DNA of 64,000 nt from Eledone cirrhosa (GCA_964016885.1 OZ024742.1:195424001-195488000); one strand, 5' to 3'; positions 12,818 through 23,616 are shown, counted from the stretch's first letter. The notes: a model not told the origin generated them from the sequence alone. A program made the numbers and translations.

Positions 12818-15251
12818 CAAGGACTGGTTTAATGAGAATGATGTACATATAGAAGATTTGTTGGCTGATAAGAGGCGTGCTCTGTCACGCTACTTGACGG
12901 AAAAATCACAGGAGAGGAATACGTTGCATGAGGAACTCAAGGATGTAAAATCACGTGTTACGCGGAGTCTTTCTCAGATGAAGGATCAGTGGTGGAGTGA
13001 CAAGGCTGGTGAAATACAAACTGCGTCAGATTCCAATAAACACAAAGCTGTTGTACAGTCTCTTGCGTGAGGTTTATGGACCGTCTTCTTCTCTGGTGAC
13101 ACCGCTTCGCAGCAAGGATGGTAAAGAACTTCTTCGTGACTCACAAGGAATTCTACGAAGGTAGCGAGAGCACTTTGATGATCTTTTGAATCAGCCGTCT
13201 GTCGTCAGTGAAGATTTCCTCAATCTCATTCCAGAAAGTCCTGTGAAAGTAGCTCTCGCAAAACCTCCGACGCTTGTGGAGGTTGCAGTGGCTATCTCGA
13301 AGCTGAACAGTGGAAGGTCTCCAGGTATGGATGGCATACATGCTGAGCTCCTACAATATGGTGGTGAGAGACTCCTGCAACATCTTCACTCTTTGTTTGG
13401 CAGGATATGGGCTAATGAATCCGTACCTGAGGACTGGAGAGATGCAGTAATGGTGGTCTTGTACAAGGGAAAGGGTAACAGGAATGATTGTGGGAACTAC
13501 AGAGGTATATCATTGCTTTCTGTCGTAGGGAAAGTTTTATGTAGGGTGCTTCTGGACCGTCTGCTGACACACATTGCAGATTATGTTCTTCCTGAAAGTC
13601 AATCTGGTTTTCGTGCTGGACGCGGCACTATTGATATGATCTTCTCAGCTAGACAGCTCCAGGAGAAGTGCATGGAACAAGGTTTGGATATGTTAGAGGT
13701 TTTTGTCGATCTGACAAAAGCTTTCGATACTGTTAACAGAGATGCATTATGGAAGGTTCTCCAGAAACTTGGTTGCCCTGATAAGTTCCTTGCTTTAGTT
13801 AGGTCTTTCCATGACGACATGAAGGCTTGGGTTAATGTCGGAGGTAACATGTCGGAGCCTATCTCAGTAAAACATGGAGTGAAACAGGGGGATATTCCAG
13901 CACCGACCCTGTTTGCCATATACTTTGCAATGGTTTTCTGTATTGCATTCAGGAATTGCGAGCATGGTGTTTACATCCGATATCCAACCTCAGGCAGCAT
14001 ATTTAACATGAGGCGCTTTACTGCAAAGACAAAAGTATTTACATCAATCATAAGAGACCTCTTGTATGCAGATGATTGCGATCTTGTAGCGCACACAGAG
14101 ATTGATATGCAGCACATTTTGAATGCATTTTCTGACGCTTGCACTGCCCTATGATTGACTGTCAGTCTCAAGAAAACCGTCGTCATGTACAAACCTGCCC
14201 CTGGTAAGCAGTACACTGAACCAAATATCTATGTGTATGGAAAACGACTTGGAGTGGTTGATCAGTTTGTCTACCTGGGAAGCACTGTCAATCGATACAG
14301 CAACCTTGACAGTAAAATCTCACTTAGGATTAGGGAAGCAAGTGATGCTTTCGGAAAGCTAGAAAGGCGACTCTGGGGTCGGCGAGACATATGCAGGAGG
14401 ACAAAGGTAAAGGTGTACAAGGCATGTGTGCTCTCTTGTCTCCTTTATACCTGAGATACCTGGGTCACATATCGACACCACCTTAAGCAATTGGAGCGTT
14501 TCCATCAGATGTGTCTCAGACGGATCCATGGCGTTCACTCGAGGGACCACATCAGTGATGTCGAGATTTTGGAAAGCTCTATGTGTGACAGTATAGAAGC
14601 TCTTGTGTTTAAGCAACGACTCCGTTGGAGTGGTCACCTAGCCAGGATGAAGGATTCTAGAATACCAAAACAACTCTTTTATGGAGAGTTGGTTAAAGGA
14701 AAACGACCGCCACATAAACCAAAAAAGAGGTATAAGGATTCCTTGAAAGCCTCTTTGAAAGACGCTAACATCTCTGCTGATACATGGGAAAATATTGCTG
14801 CTGATCGTAATAAATGAAGAAAGACTGTATATGAGGGAAAAGTTGCCTTTGAGGCATCTCGAATCACATACGAGAAAGTAAAGCCGGATGTGAGGAAGGG
14901 CATTGCTGTTACACTTCCAGACGGCGAGGGTCCTCCTATGGTGCTGACATGCAGCGTCTGTGCGAGACTCTGCCTAAGCAAAACTGGACTCGAAAGTCAT
15001 CTTCGCAGTCATAAAGTAAGACCAGTGGTTGACTATCAGGCTGCTGTTGGAGATGCTACTCATCATGCTTGCCAAACATGTGGTAGAGAATGTAAATCAG
15101 CAGGAGGGCTCAAGCGACATGCAAAAGTACATGAACCACAGCCGATTATTCCCAGTGAATGTTTTGGTTGCCGAGTCTGTGCAAGACATTTTAGATCATT
15201 GGCTGGGCTAAAAAGCCACATTCGATCGCAGCGCTGTTAGTTGCTATCGTG
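12818..15251 (+). mobile_element. 5'-truncated RTE-clade LINE; RT pseudogene with three C-terminal C2H2 zinc fingers
   Basis: GRSPGMDGIHAE, CGNYRGISLLS, LPESQSGFRAGRGT, FVDLTKAFDTV, GVKQGD, LLYADD, RLRWSGHLARMKDSRIPKQLFYGEL. Fingers CSVC..H..H, CQTC..H..H and CRVC..H..C. In-frame stops near 13162, 14152, 14452 and 14815. Confidence 0.93.
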
Positions 15252-15580
15252 TGTGTGTGTATAGATATGTTTATGTGTGTGCGTGTGTGTGTATATATAT
15301 GCATATGTATATTATTATTGTTGTTGTTGTCGTTATTATTATTGTTGTAGTTATTATTATTATTATTATTGACGAAAGTGGATGTACGTTTTTTGAAGCT
15401 CCGTGAGTAAGCAATTTTTTGAGGATTAATTGTAGAGAAGTGTTTATTTTTTGTACCGCTGAAGCATTATAAGACATTCATTTGTATCCTGTGAAGGAAT
15501 AACTCATAATATTTGGGCCTTTTGGCCCAAATATTTGAACTTTATTTTGGAAAAAATAATAATTTTTTTCTCAAAAAAAC

Positions 15581-17148
15581 ATGGCGGAGCCACGCCCCCT
15601 AGAGGCGGGTCTGCTGTCGTGCAACGGCGACTTGAGCGTTGAGAGGAGAGGTGAGGCGAGGAGCGCCACCAGCACGAATGTGAGCAGCGACAGTGCCAGC
15701 ACCAACGGGCCGAGCGGCGCGGAAGGTGGTAACAGCGACAACACCAACACCAACAAGCCGAACAGCGCAGAAGGTGGTAATAGCGAGAGCACCAACAAAA
15801 CGAACAGCACAGAGAGTAATAGTAGCGACAGCAACAGCACCAACAAGGCCAACAGCACAGAGGGTAACCACGACACAGGGGAGAACAACAACAGCAATAG
15901 CAGCAGCAACACCAACAAGAACAACAACAGTGACAACACCAACAAGAACACCTTCGCTGCTGTGGCAGCGGCTAAAAGGAGACCATGCTACAGCATCGAC
16001 TTAACCAACAGAGAGGAAAAGTTGGCCCAGGCCTGGAAAATCATAAATCAAGAGCAGACCTGGGCAAACTTAACTGTCCCGGCAGAAGCCATTGAGGCAG
16101 TGGAAAAAAGAACGGTGCATTTCAGATGCATCTCAGTAGAGACAAAGAGGGTAGCGATAATCGCCCAAGCTGATATAGAAGCCGCACTGAAATACATCAG
16201 AGAGGACACAGACTTCATAGAGAGGGGCAGGCAATACGGCACCGTTTCGGTGCTGTTCAAGTCTGAAGCCCTCGCTGTGAAGCATTCAATGACCCCTTGC
16301 AAAACCAGCAAGGTCATAATGTACCCCTCCCACATGGGAAAACGAATAGTACGTGTGCGCATTCCCAGGATTCCACCAGGACTTGATATGTGGTGGATCC
16401 TGGGTTGCGTAATCGTGGAAGGAACGGATACAGTCCCGGTAGAGGCAACGAGAACTGCCAGGGACGACTGGTCCGGGGTTGATCTGGAGATACTGCTCCA
16501 AATCAGACCCGAAAACGTAAAAGCAATCCCGGACCACATCCGCCTCCAAAACGGGAGGGTGTTGCATATAATGACTGAGGGCAAAAGGCCGCATTGTTTC
16601 CTTTGTGGGGAAACGACACACTTGCGAGCCTTCTGCCCTCAACTGCCGAAAAGCGCAAGGGGTCGAAAGATTCCACTGCTGGCGACGCCGGGACAAGGAC
16701 CACCAGCAACACCGTCAACAATGGAACCACCAAAATTGCACACCCAGGGGGGAAACGAGGAAAGCTCTCCCATTCCCCCTCCCCCCCCCAAAATACACAC
16801 ACGAACAAGAACATAAACACTCACTCAGACACAAACACGCTCACAGCCACAGACCCCTCATCCTCCAGCAGTGAAGATGAGGGAAAACCAAAGTCCCCCA
16901 AAATACAAAAAACAAAACACAAAAAAAAAAGAAATCCACAAAGCACAAACACCCCCACAAAAAAAAATACACACACCACCCACACAAACATTTTCCCCAC
17001 AGCATCACCAACACAACCACCAAAATCCCCCAAACGCAAACAAGCTAAACAGACACAAGAACAAATAGACACACAAACATCAGAAACTACAGACACCCCA
17101 CCCACAACAAACGCAGACACAATAGAACAAGAGGGACACACTAGATAA
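15581..17148 (+). CDS. Tx1-like ORF1 (gag-like): Asn/Ser-rich N-terminus, CCHC knuckle, disordered tail; probable frameshift at the poly-C run ~16776-16789
   Basis: 411-aa ORF 15581-16816 contains CFLCGETTHLRAFC. A Lys/Thr/Pro-rich continuation in another frame runs to 17148. Confidence 0.75.
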
Positions 17149-19024
17149 TTTCAGGCCCATAACCCTGCTCAACACAGAGTTTAAGATTTTGGCCAAGGTG
17201 TTAGCGAAAAGGTTGGCGCTTGTCGTCAAAGATTTGGTTGGGGAGGCGCAAACTTGCTCAATCCCGACCAGGTCCATACACGACAACCTCCACCTCATGC
17301 GATACATCATAGAGAGGGTTAGGTGCAAACCTGGCTTCGGTGGGGCTCTGATCAATTTAGATCAATCGAAAGCATTCGATAGGGTCGACCATCGGTACTT
17401 GGAGGCTGTCCTCGAGGCGGCTGGCTTCGGCCCCGTCTTCAGAAGCTGGATCGCTGCAATGTACAGCGGCATCTGCTCGGTGGTCAAAGTTAATGGCCAC
17501 CTCTCGGAACCGTTTCAGATCTCTCGATCGGTCCGTCAAGGGTGCCCTCTCTCCTCACTTCTGTACGTATTGACTCTTGAGCCTCTACTGCGGAAGCTGG
17601 AGTTGTTGCAGGGCATCCCGCTCGAACCGGGACGCAGAAAGGCTGCGTCCGCTTATGCGGACGACATCACCGTGATGGTGTCGGACACCTCGGAAATCGA
17701 GGTGATCCGCACCCATTTGGAGGAATATGAAAGGTTGACGGGAGCAAAACTTAACCCGGAAAAGTCGGTGGGCTTGCAGCTCGGCACCTGGAGAGGCAAG
17801 TCCATGCCGTCCAACAGCGTCGTTGGGCGCTGGACAGACGGACCGGTAAAGTTGCTCGGGGTTTGGTTCGGACCAGACCTCCAGGTGGATAAGAATTGGG
17901 ACGAGGTGACGAGCAGGATAGCCAACCTCACCCAGAAATGGGCTGAGAGAAAGCTATCACTGAAAGGGCGGGCGGAGGTGGCGAACGCGTACATCGCGTC
18001 CGTCATCTACTACCGCCTGACCGTCGTGCCTTGCCCCCGTCCACGCCTCGCCAATTTGGAACGGCTCCTTTTCAAATTTTTGTGGAGGGGACGGGTCCCG
18101 TTGGTGAGGCGGTCCATCTGCTGCCAGCACCCTCTTCGTGGAGGGCTGGGCATGCCGTGGCTAATGATGCGCAGACATGCGCTGAGGCTGCGACATCTCC
18201 AGATATTTTGCCTAAACGGTGAACAGGTGTGGTCGCCGTTTGTTAGACGGGCCTTTCCGCAGCTCATCTCTTTGACTGAGCTGCAGTCCTGGGTCAAGAA
18301 GAGACCGAGACTGGGCGACTGGCATCTGGAATGTTGCCAGGCGCTCACTGCACTCTGCAAGGTGGGCAATGCGGTCAGTGGAACTTCCACTCAAGATTTC
18401 TATAGAGGATTAGTGGAGGGCAAGTACGATGACGTACTAGGAGAGGTTCTAGGCGTCAGCGAAGTAGAACTGACCAGTATGTTCCGGAGGACTTTCGAGC
18501 CGGGGACGATGAATAACTTCCAGAAATCCCTCGCTTGGCAGTGCTACCGGGGGGCGCTGCCGGTTCGGGATAAACTCTACAGGCACGGAAGTGCTGTCAG
18601 ACGAACCTGCCCGAGATGCGCGCAGAGCGACGAAACCGTTCTGCACGCACTCGTCCAGTGTCCGTGCATTGCTGACTTGTGGGGTTATGTCGAACAGCTA
18701 TTGTCGCGTGTAGAACGGATCCGGCTATCGTCCGAGTCCATAGTGAAGATTGACCCGCCGCCTTCTTTTGGTCAGGAAGGGCAGGCAATTTTCCTCTGCC
18801 TGGTGGCAGTAGCGAAAGAGGTTGCATGGTGGACCAGGTTGAAAGGACTGAAGACAGACACTTTTGTCTTCGGCCAATCCCTCATCAACTTCTTCAAGTT
18901 TCACTTGGAAAGGAAGGTGAGGGTGGAGAGAGAAGTGCTGTCCCCCAGTACATTTACTGAAAGGTGGGTGAATGTGGCGAGAATGGCCCGCGTGAGTGGG
19001 CCTACTCTGATCATGCGCCTGTAG
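17126..19024 (+). CDS. Tx1-like ORF2 remnant: RT and C-terminal zinc-binding (zf-RVT) domain, no endonuclease
   Basis: Open frame NKRDTLDNFRPITLLNTEFKILAK, then LDQSKAFDRVDH, SVRQGCPLS, AYADD, LSLKGRA and CPRCAQSDETVLHALVQC. No stops in this stretch. Confidence 0.88.
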   Translation, partial: NKRDTLDNFRPITLLNTEFKILAKVLAKRLALVVKDLVGEAQTCSIPTRSIHDNLHLMRYIIERVRCKPGFGGALINLDQSKAFDRVDHRYLEAVLEAAGFGPVFRSWIAAMYSGICSVVKVNGHLSEPFQISRSVRQGCPLSSLLYVLTLEPLLRKLELLQGIPLEPGRRKAASAYADDITVMVSDTSEIEVIRTHLEEYERLTGAKLNPEKSVGLQLGTWRGKSMPSNSVVGRWTDGPVKLLGVWFGPDLQVDKNWDEVTSRIANLTQKWAERKLSLKGRAEVANAYIASVIYYRLTVVPCPRPRLANLERLLFKFLWRGRVPLVRRSICCQHPLRGGLGMPWLMMRRHALRLRHLQIFCLNGEQVWSPFVRRAFPQLISLTELQSWVKKRPRLGDWHLECCQALTALCKVGNAVSGTSTQDFYRGLVEGKYDDVLGEVLGVSEVELTSMFRRTFEPGTMNNFQKSLAWQCYRGALPVRDKLYRHGSAVRRTCPRCAQSDETVLHALVQCPCIADLWGYVEQLLSRVERIRLSSESIVKIDPPPSFGQEGQAIFLCLVAVAKEVAWWTRLKGLKTDTFVFGQSLINFFKFHLERKVRVEREVLSPSTFTERWVNVARMARVSGPTLIMRL

Positions 19025-19420
19025 GCTGGTGAATTCGAGAAGGAGAGGGGTGCCCTTCCCGGGTGCCCTAGGAGCGTCGGGTGGCTCAGGACTGGTGGGG
19101 TGCTTGAGTCAACCCTGGGTGGTGATCCCTCTTATTGGGGAACTTTCATTGTTGTATTTTTATTGTTATTTTGTTTTTTTGTTATTTATACTTACTCGAT
19201 CTCTATGTAAACCCCCACTGTCCCTGTCTATTGTGTTGTCCCCTATATGTCGGCCCTTGTGGCCAATAAATGAAATCATTATTATTGTTATTAATGTATG
19301 TGTGTATGTATATATATATATATGTGTATATATGTATATGTATGTGTGTATATATATATATATATTTATTTTTTTTAATTTATTTTATTTTTTATTTATT
19401 TATTAATTTTTTTTTCTCCT

Positions 19421-19460
19421 CGTGCAATGGCCACACTCGATAACGAGGATGCAGCCATCA
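19421..19460 (+). mobile_element. RTE-type 3' terminal stem-loop, probably the displaced 3' end of the RTE at 12818
   Basis: ATGGC-CACA-CTCG-ATAA-CGAG-GATGCA-GCCAT-CA followed by (TGTA)n. Homologous to the 3' end of the non-autonomous elements. Confidence 0.65.
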
Positions 19461-19489
19461 TGTATGCATGTATGTATCTATGTATGTAG

Positions 19490-19523
<34 letters not shown>

Positions 19524-19792
19524 TGTATGTATGTATGTATGTATATATGTATGTATTTATGTATGTATGTATCTATGTATGTATATATGTATGTATGTAT
19601 GTAGTATGTATGTATCTATGTATGTATCTATGTATGTATGTATGTATGTATGTATGTATGTATGTATGTATGTATGTATGTATGTATGTATCTATGTATG
19701 TATTTATGTATGTATGTATCTATGTATATATGTATGTACGTATGTATGTATGTATCTATGTATGTATCTATGTATGTATGTATGTATATATA
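19461..19792. repeat. (TATG)n microsatellite
   Basis: Direct reading. Confidence 0.95.
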
Positions 19793-20400
19793 TCAGGTCA
19801 CCAGTTGGGGCTACTGGTACCATGTATCCCAGTACAACCTGTCTCATGGTCGGGTCGTTGGCGACTAAACTGGCAACCCTACCAAGGTTTCTTGGTGAGG
19901 AGGGTGACTTTGGACATCCTGTAGGACTAAAAACAAAACTTGTCAAAGGGCAAAGGAGTTCTTAAGAGTCAATGGCCATCCAAAATCACCGGGAGAGATG
20001 ACCCCTTAGCCTTTGTCAAGGCAGAATTCTAGGAGAAGGAAAACTCTGATATAGCACCTGCAACCCTGATGGTATCCAATGATGTTGACTGGTTCTTCTT
20101 TTTGGTAAATATCATCTTGGTTAAGAGAGTGGGACTGGCTTTGTGCAGTGCCTTTGCTCACTATAAAAGCTTCACGGCACAGGCATTGCTTTATATCTGG
20201 AGATCTCTCTGCACTTGTCATCACAGGGTACAATGGGCCCAGCACTATGTGTCAGTAATTGTCACAAGTGTAGTGTTTGTACCAGAGTGTTCAAGTCGCT
20301 GGCTGGACTAAAAAGTCACACTCGTTCAGCGCATCAGTAGGGGTTCTCCTACATGGATATAAAGTAGTGGCCGTACTCGAAAACGAGTTGGCAGCCACCA
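19793..20400 (+). mobile_element. Non-autonomous bipartite RTE-derived retroelement, copy 3 (full length)
   Basis: TCAGGTCACCAG...CTAGGAGAAGGAAAACTCTGA...GTGGCCGTACTCGAAAACGAGTTGGCAGCCACCA, then (TATG)n. Confidence 0.88.
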
Positions 20401-20474
20401 TATATGTATGTATATATGTATGTATGTATATATGTATATATGTAAGTATATATGTATGCATATATGTATGTATG

Positions 20475-20508
<34 letters not shown>

Positions 20509-20682
20509 TGTATATATATATATGTATGTATGTATATATATATGTATATATATGTATGTATGTATATATGTATGTATGTATATATGTATGTATATGTATA
20601 TATATGTATATATATATATGTATGTATATGTATGTATATATATATATGTATGTATGTATGTATATGTATGTATGTATATATA
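20401..20682. repeat. (TATG/TA)n microsatellite
   Basis: Direct reading. Confidence 0.95.
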
Positions 20683-21243
20683 TGTCTCATGGTCGGGTCG
20701 TTGGCGACTAAACTGGCAACCCCACCAAGGTTTCTTGGTGAGGAGGGTGACTTTGGACATCCTGCAGGACTAAAAGCAAAACCTGTCAAAGGGCAAAGTA
20801 GCTGTTAAGAGTTAATGGCCATCCAAAATCACCGGGAGAGATGACCCCTTAGCCTTTGTCAAGGCAGAATTCTAGGAGAAGGAAAACCCTGATATAACAC
20901 CTGCAACCCTGATGGTATCCAATGATGTTGACTTGTTCTTCTTTTTGGTAAATATCATCTTGGTTAAGAGAGTGGGACTGGCTTTGTGCAGTGCCTTTGC
21001 TCACTATAAAAGCTTCACGGAACAGGCATTGCTTTATATCTGGAGATCTCTCTGCACTTGTCGTCACATGGTACCATGGGCCCTGCACTATGTGTCAATA
21101 ATTGTCACAAGTGTAGTGTTTGTACCAGAGTTTTCAAGTCGCTGGCTGGACTAAAAAGTCTCACTTGTTCAGCGCATCAGTAGGGGTTCTCCTACATGGA
21201 TATAAAGTAGTGGCCGTACTCGAAAACGAGTTGGCAGCCACCA
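20683..21243 (+). mobile_element. Non-autonomous bipartite RTE-derived retroelement, copy 4 (5'-truncated by ~47 bp)
   Basis: Starts at TGTCTCATGGTCGGG and has the same 3' end as copy 3. Confidence 0.88.
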
Positions 21244-21471
21244 TGTATATATATGTATGTATGTAGTATGATGTATGTATGTATGTATCTATGAATGTAT
21301 TTATGTAATGTATGTATGTGTGTATGTATGTATGTGTCTGTGTAGTGGTACATGTGTAGTGTGTGTATGTGTTGCTGCGAAGAGTGTCTAGGAGAATAGA
21401 AGGGGAGAGGAATGAGGTGGATCTGTGGTCTAACATATCCAATTCCAACACAGCTCTGGGCATTATTACAC

Positions 21472-22125
21472 TTGGTGGTACTGTTATTATTGGTGGTGGT
21501 GGTGGTAGTGGTGGTGGGGGTGGTTGTATTGGGGGCGGTAGCTGTATTGGTGGTGGTGGTGGTGATGGTGGTGGTGATGGTAGTAGTGGTAGTGGTGGTA
21601 GTGATGTTGGGTGGTGGTGTCGCGGTGGTGGTAGTGGTAGTGGTGGTTGTGGTGTTTGAGGTGATAGTCGTGGTGAAGATGGTGGTGGGGTGGCGGTGGT
21701 GGCGGTGGTGGCGGTGGTGGCGGTGGTTACTGTGGTTTGGTGTTGCATCTGCTGCTGAGGTGTTGGTGGAGGTTTAAGATGGTGGGACTGGTTAGGGTGC
21801 TAGTAGTGGTGATAAGGATAGTGGTGGGGGGGAGAGGAGAGGGGATGGCAATAGTAATGCTTATGATGGTGGTGGTGGTGGTGGTGGTGGTGGTGGTGAT
21901 GGTGGTGGTTGTGGTGATGTGGTGGTGGTGGAGGGGGGTTATAATAGTGCTTATAATGATGGTGGTGGTGTTTGTGGTGATGTGGTGGTGGTGGAGGGGG
22001 GTTATAATAGTGCTTATGATGATAGTGGTGGTGGTTGTGGTGATGGTGGTGGTGGTGGTGGAGGGGGGTTATAATAGTGCTTATGAAGGTGGTGGTGGTG
22101 GTGGTGGTGCGGGTGGTGGTGGTAT
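21472..22125. repeat. (GGT)n-rich low-complexity tract with a ~60-70 bp repeated subunit (GGAGGGGGTTATAATAGTGCTTATGA)
   Basis: Direct reading. The subunit recurs at about 21930, 21993 and 22060. Confidence 0.85.
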
Positions 22126-22464
22126 GGATGTTCTCTAATTACCATATTTCAATCTAGCCGAGAACTGAACTATAAGGAATCAAGTTGCCATGAAGCGGGA
22201 GCAATATCATACACTGTTAGAACGCTCATTTGCTTAGTCATGTAATAAACTGTCTTGTTATGCCTCTCAGATATTTTCACTCCAAACTACGCTGGCTTCC
22301 TACATAACACTAACAACAACAACAACGAAGACAACGAAGACAACGACGGCATTGATTTGATCCACTCTGTGTGTCTGTGCGTGTGTCTGTCTGTGTGTCT
22401 GTGTGTAGATGGACAGAGCGCGATAGAGAGAGAGAGAGGAAGAGAAAAAAATGTTATATTATAT

Positions 22465-22467
<3 letters not shown>

Positions 22468-22525
<58 letters not shown>

Positions 22526-22674
22526 TATATATATATATATAGGTATATATATATATATATAGTAATAATAATAAATGTGAAGACTAAAATCCCAATAGCG
22601 CCCGATAAGGATAAATATTGATCCCGTTAAGGGTGAAACAGCGATTCTTTGCTTAAACTTTAATCTGTTACTTT

Positions 22675-22767
<93 letters not shown>

Positions 22768-22785
22768 GATAGATAGTAGATAGAT

Positions 22786-22845
<60 letters not shown>
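22468..22845. repeat. (TA)n and (GA)n microsatellites around a short unique segment
   Basis: Direct reading. Confidence 0.9.
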
Positions 22846-22849
<4 letters not shown>

Positions 22850-22850
<1 letters not shown>

Positions 22851-22918
22851 TGTAAAGTCCCGACCACGGTGCCAAGTGGTTTCGGCTTGTCTGTTCAGCC
22901 GTGGTCGGGATTTTGCAT
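22850..22918 (+). other. 69-nt hairpin with a 20-bp stem (pre-miRNA-like)
   Basis: ATGTAAAGTCCCGACCACGG pairs with CCGTGGTCGGGATTTTGCAT (18 Watson-Crick pairs + 2 G-U on the + strand). Confidence 0.45.
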
Positions 22919-23495
22919 ATCTCTATGCCCTCTCTGCCTCTCCACATGCATTGAGTACACCGAAAATTAGTAGTCACCCCGGTCTCAGCACCGCAGACTA
23001 CCCGCCCCCCCCCCTCTTTCTCTCTCTCTCTCTGTATATATATACATATATCCAAGCAGTCATAGAAACCAAGGATCTGTAGTGGTAGGACGAATTGATG
23101 GCCAAGTAAATGTGTTTAATACAGTTGGTGGAAAACCAGACAGGATGCGATAAATGTTCAGAACATTAGTTTAACGCTCAGAAGTTTAAAGAAGTCTTCA
23201 TCAGATTATAGAGAAAGGAAAAAAAATATAGGAAAAAAATGAAAGCTGGGAGAATTGACAACAAAATATGTATATGGTTGCTAAGTCAATTTGTAAATGA
23301 TTGCTGAGACAGTGTGTATATAGTTGCATCGTCATGGTTGCTAAGACATGGCTGTTGTGACAGGTGATCTAGCGGAAATGAAAATAAGTTAAGAAAAGTT
23401 TGTTAGCGTTCTAACTTACACGATGAATATAAAATACATATAAAGAATATCAAAATGGAAGGTAATCCTAACAACATCCATAACAAACCACAGCT

Positions 23496-23616
23496 ATATA
23501 CGGCCATATCACGCTGAAAACACCGGTTCTCGTCCGATCACCAAAGTTAAGCAACGTCGAGCCTAGTTAGTACTTAGATGGGTGACCGTTTGGGAAACCT
23601 TGGTGCTGTAAGCATT
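23496..23616 (+). pseudogene. Full-length 5S rRNA-derived sequence (head of a SINE)
   Basis: TACGGCCATATCACGCTGAAAACACCGGTTCTCGTCCGATCACC...AGTTAAGCAACGTCGAGCCTAGTTAGTACTTAGATGGGTGACCG...GGTGCTGTAAGCATT. Single copy, several substitutions, no T4+ terminator. Confidence 0.9.

Larger units (their letters stand above)
15371..19292 (+). mobile_element. Tx1/L1-clade LINE with an internal deletion removing the APE endonuclease, flanked by (ATT)n
   Basis: ORF1 with a CCHC knuckle directly abuts the RT half of ORF2. 3'UTR has AATAAA near 19265 followed by ATTATTATT. 5' flank is (ATT/GTT)n. Confidence 0.85.

Noticed and set aside
21161-22138. Pro-rich / Gly-rich / Val-rich ORFs
   Set aside because: Products of a (GGT)n low-complexity tract; no domain or convincing splice structure.
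22598-22645. Hammerhead-like CCGATAA-GGAT...ATCC...GAAAC
   Set aside because: The core has two substitutions and stem spacing is wrong; at best a decayed relic.
23496-23616. Functional 5S rRNA gene
   Set aside because: Isolated, has substitutions, an altered 5' end and no T-run terminator, and is fused to a SINE tail.
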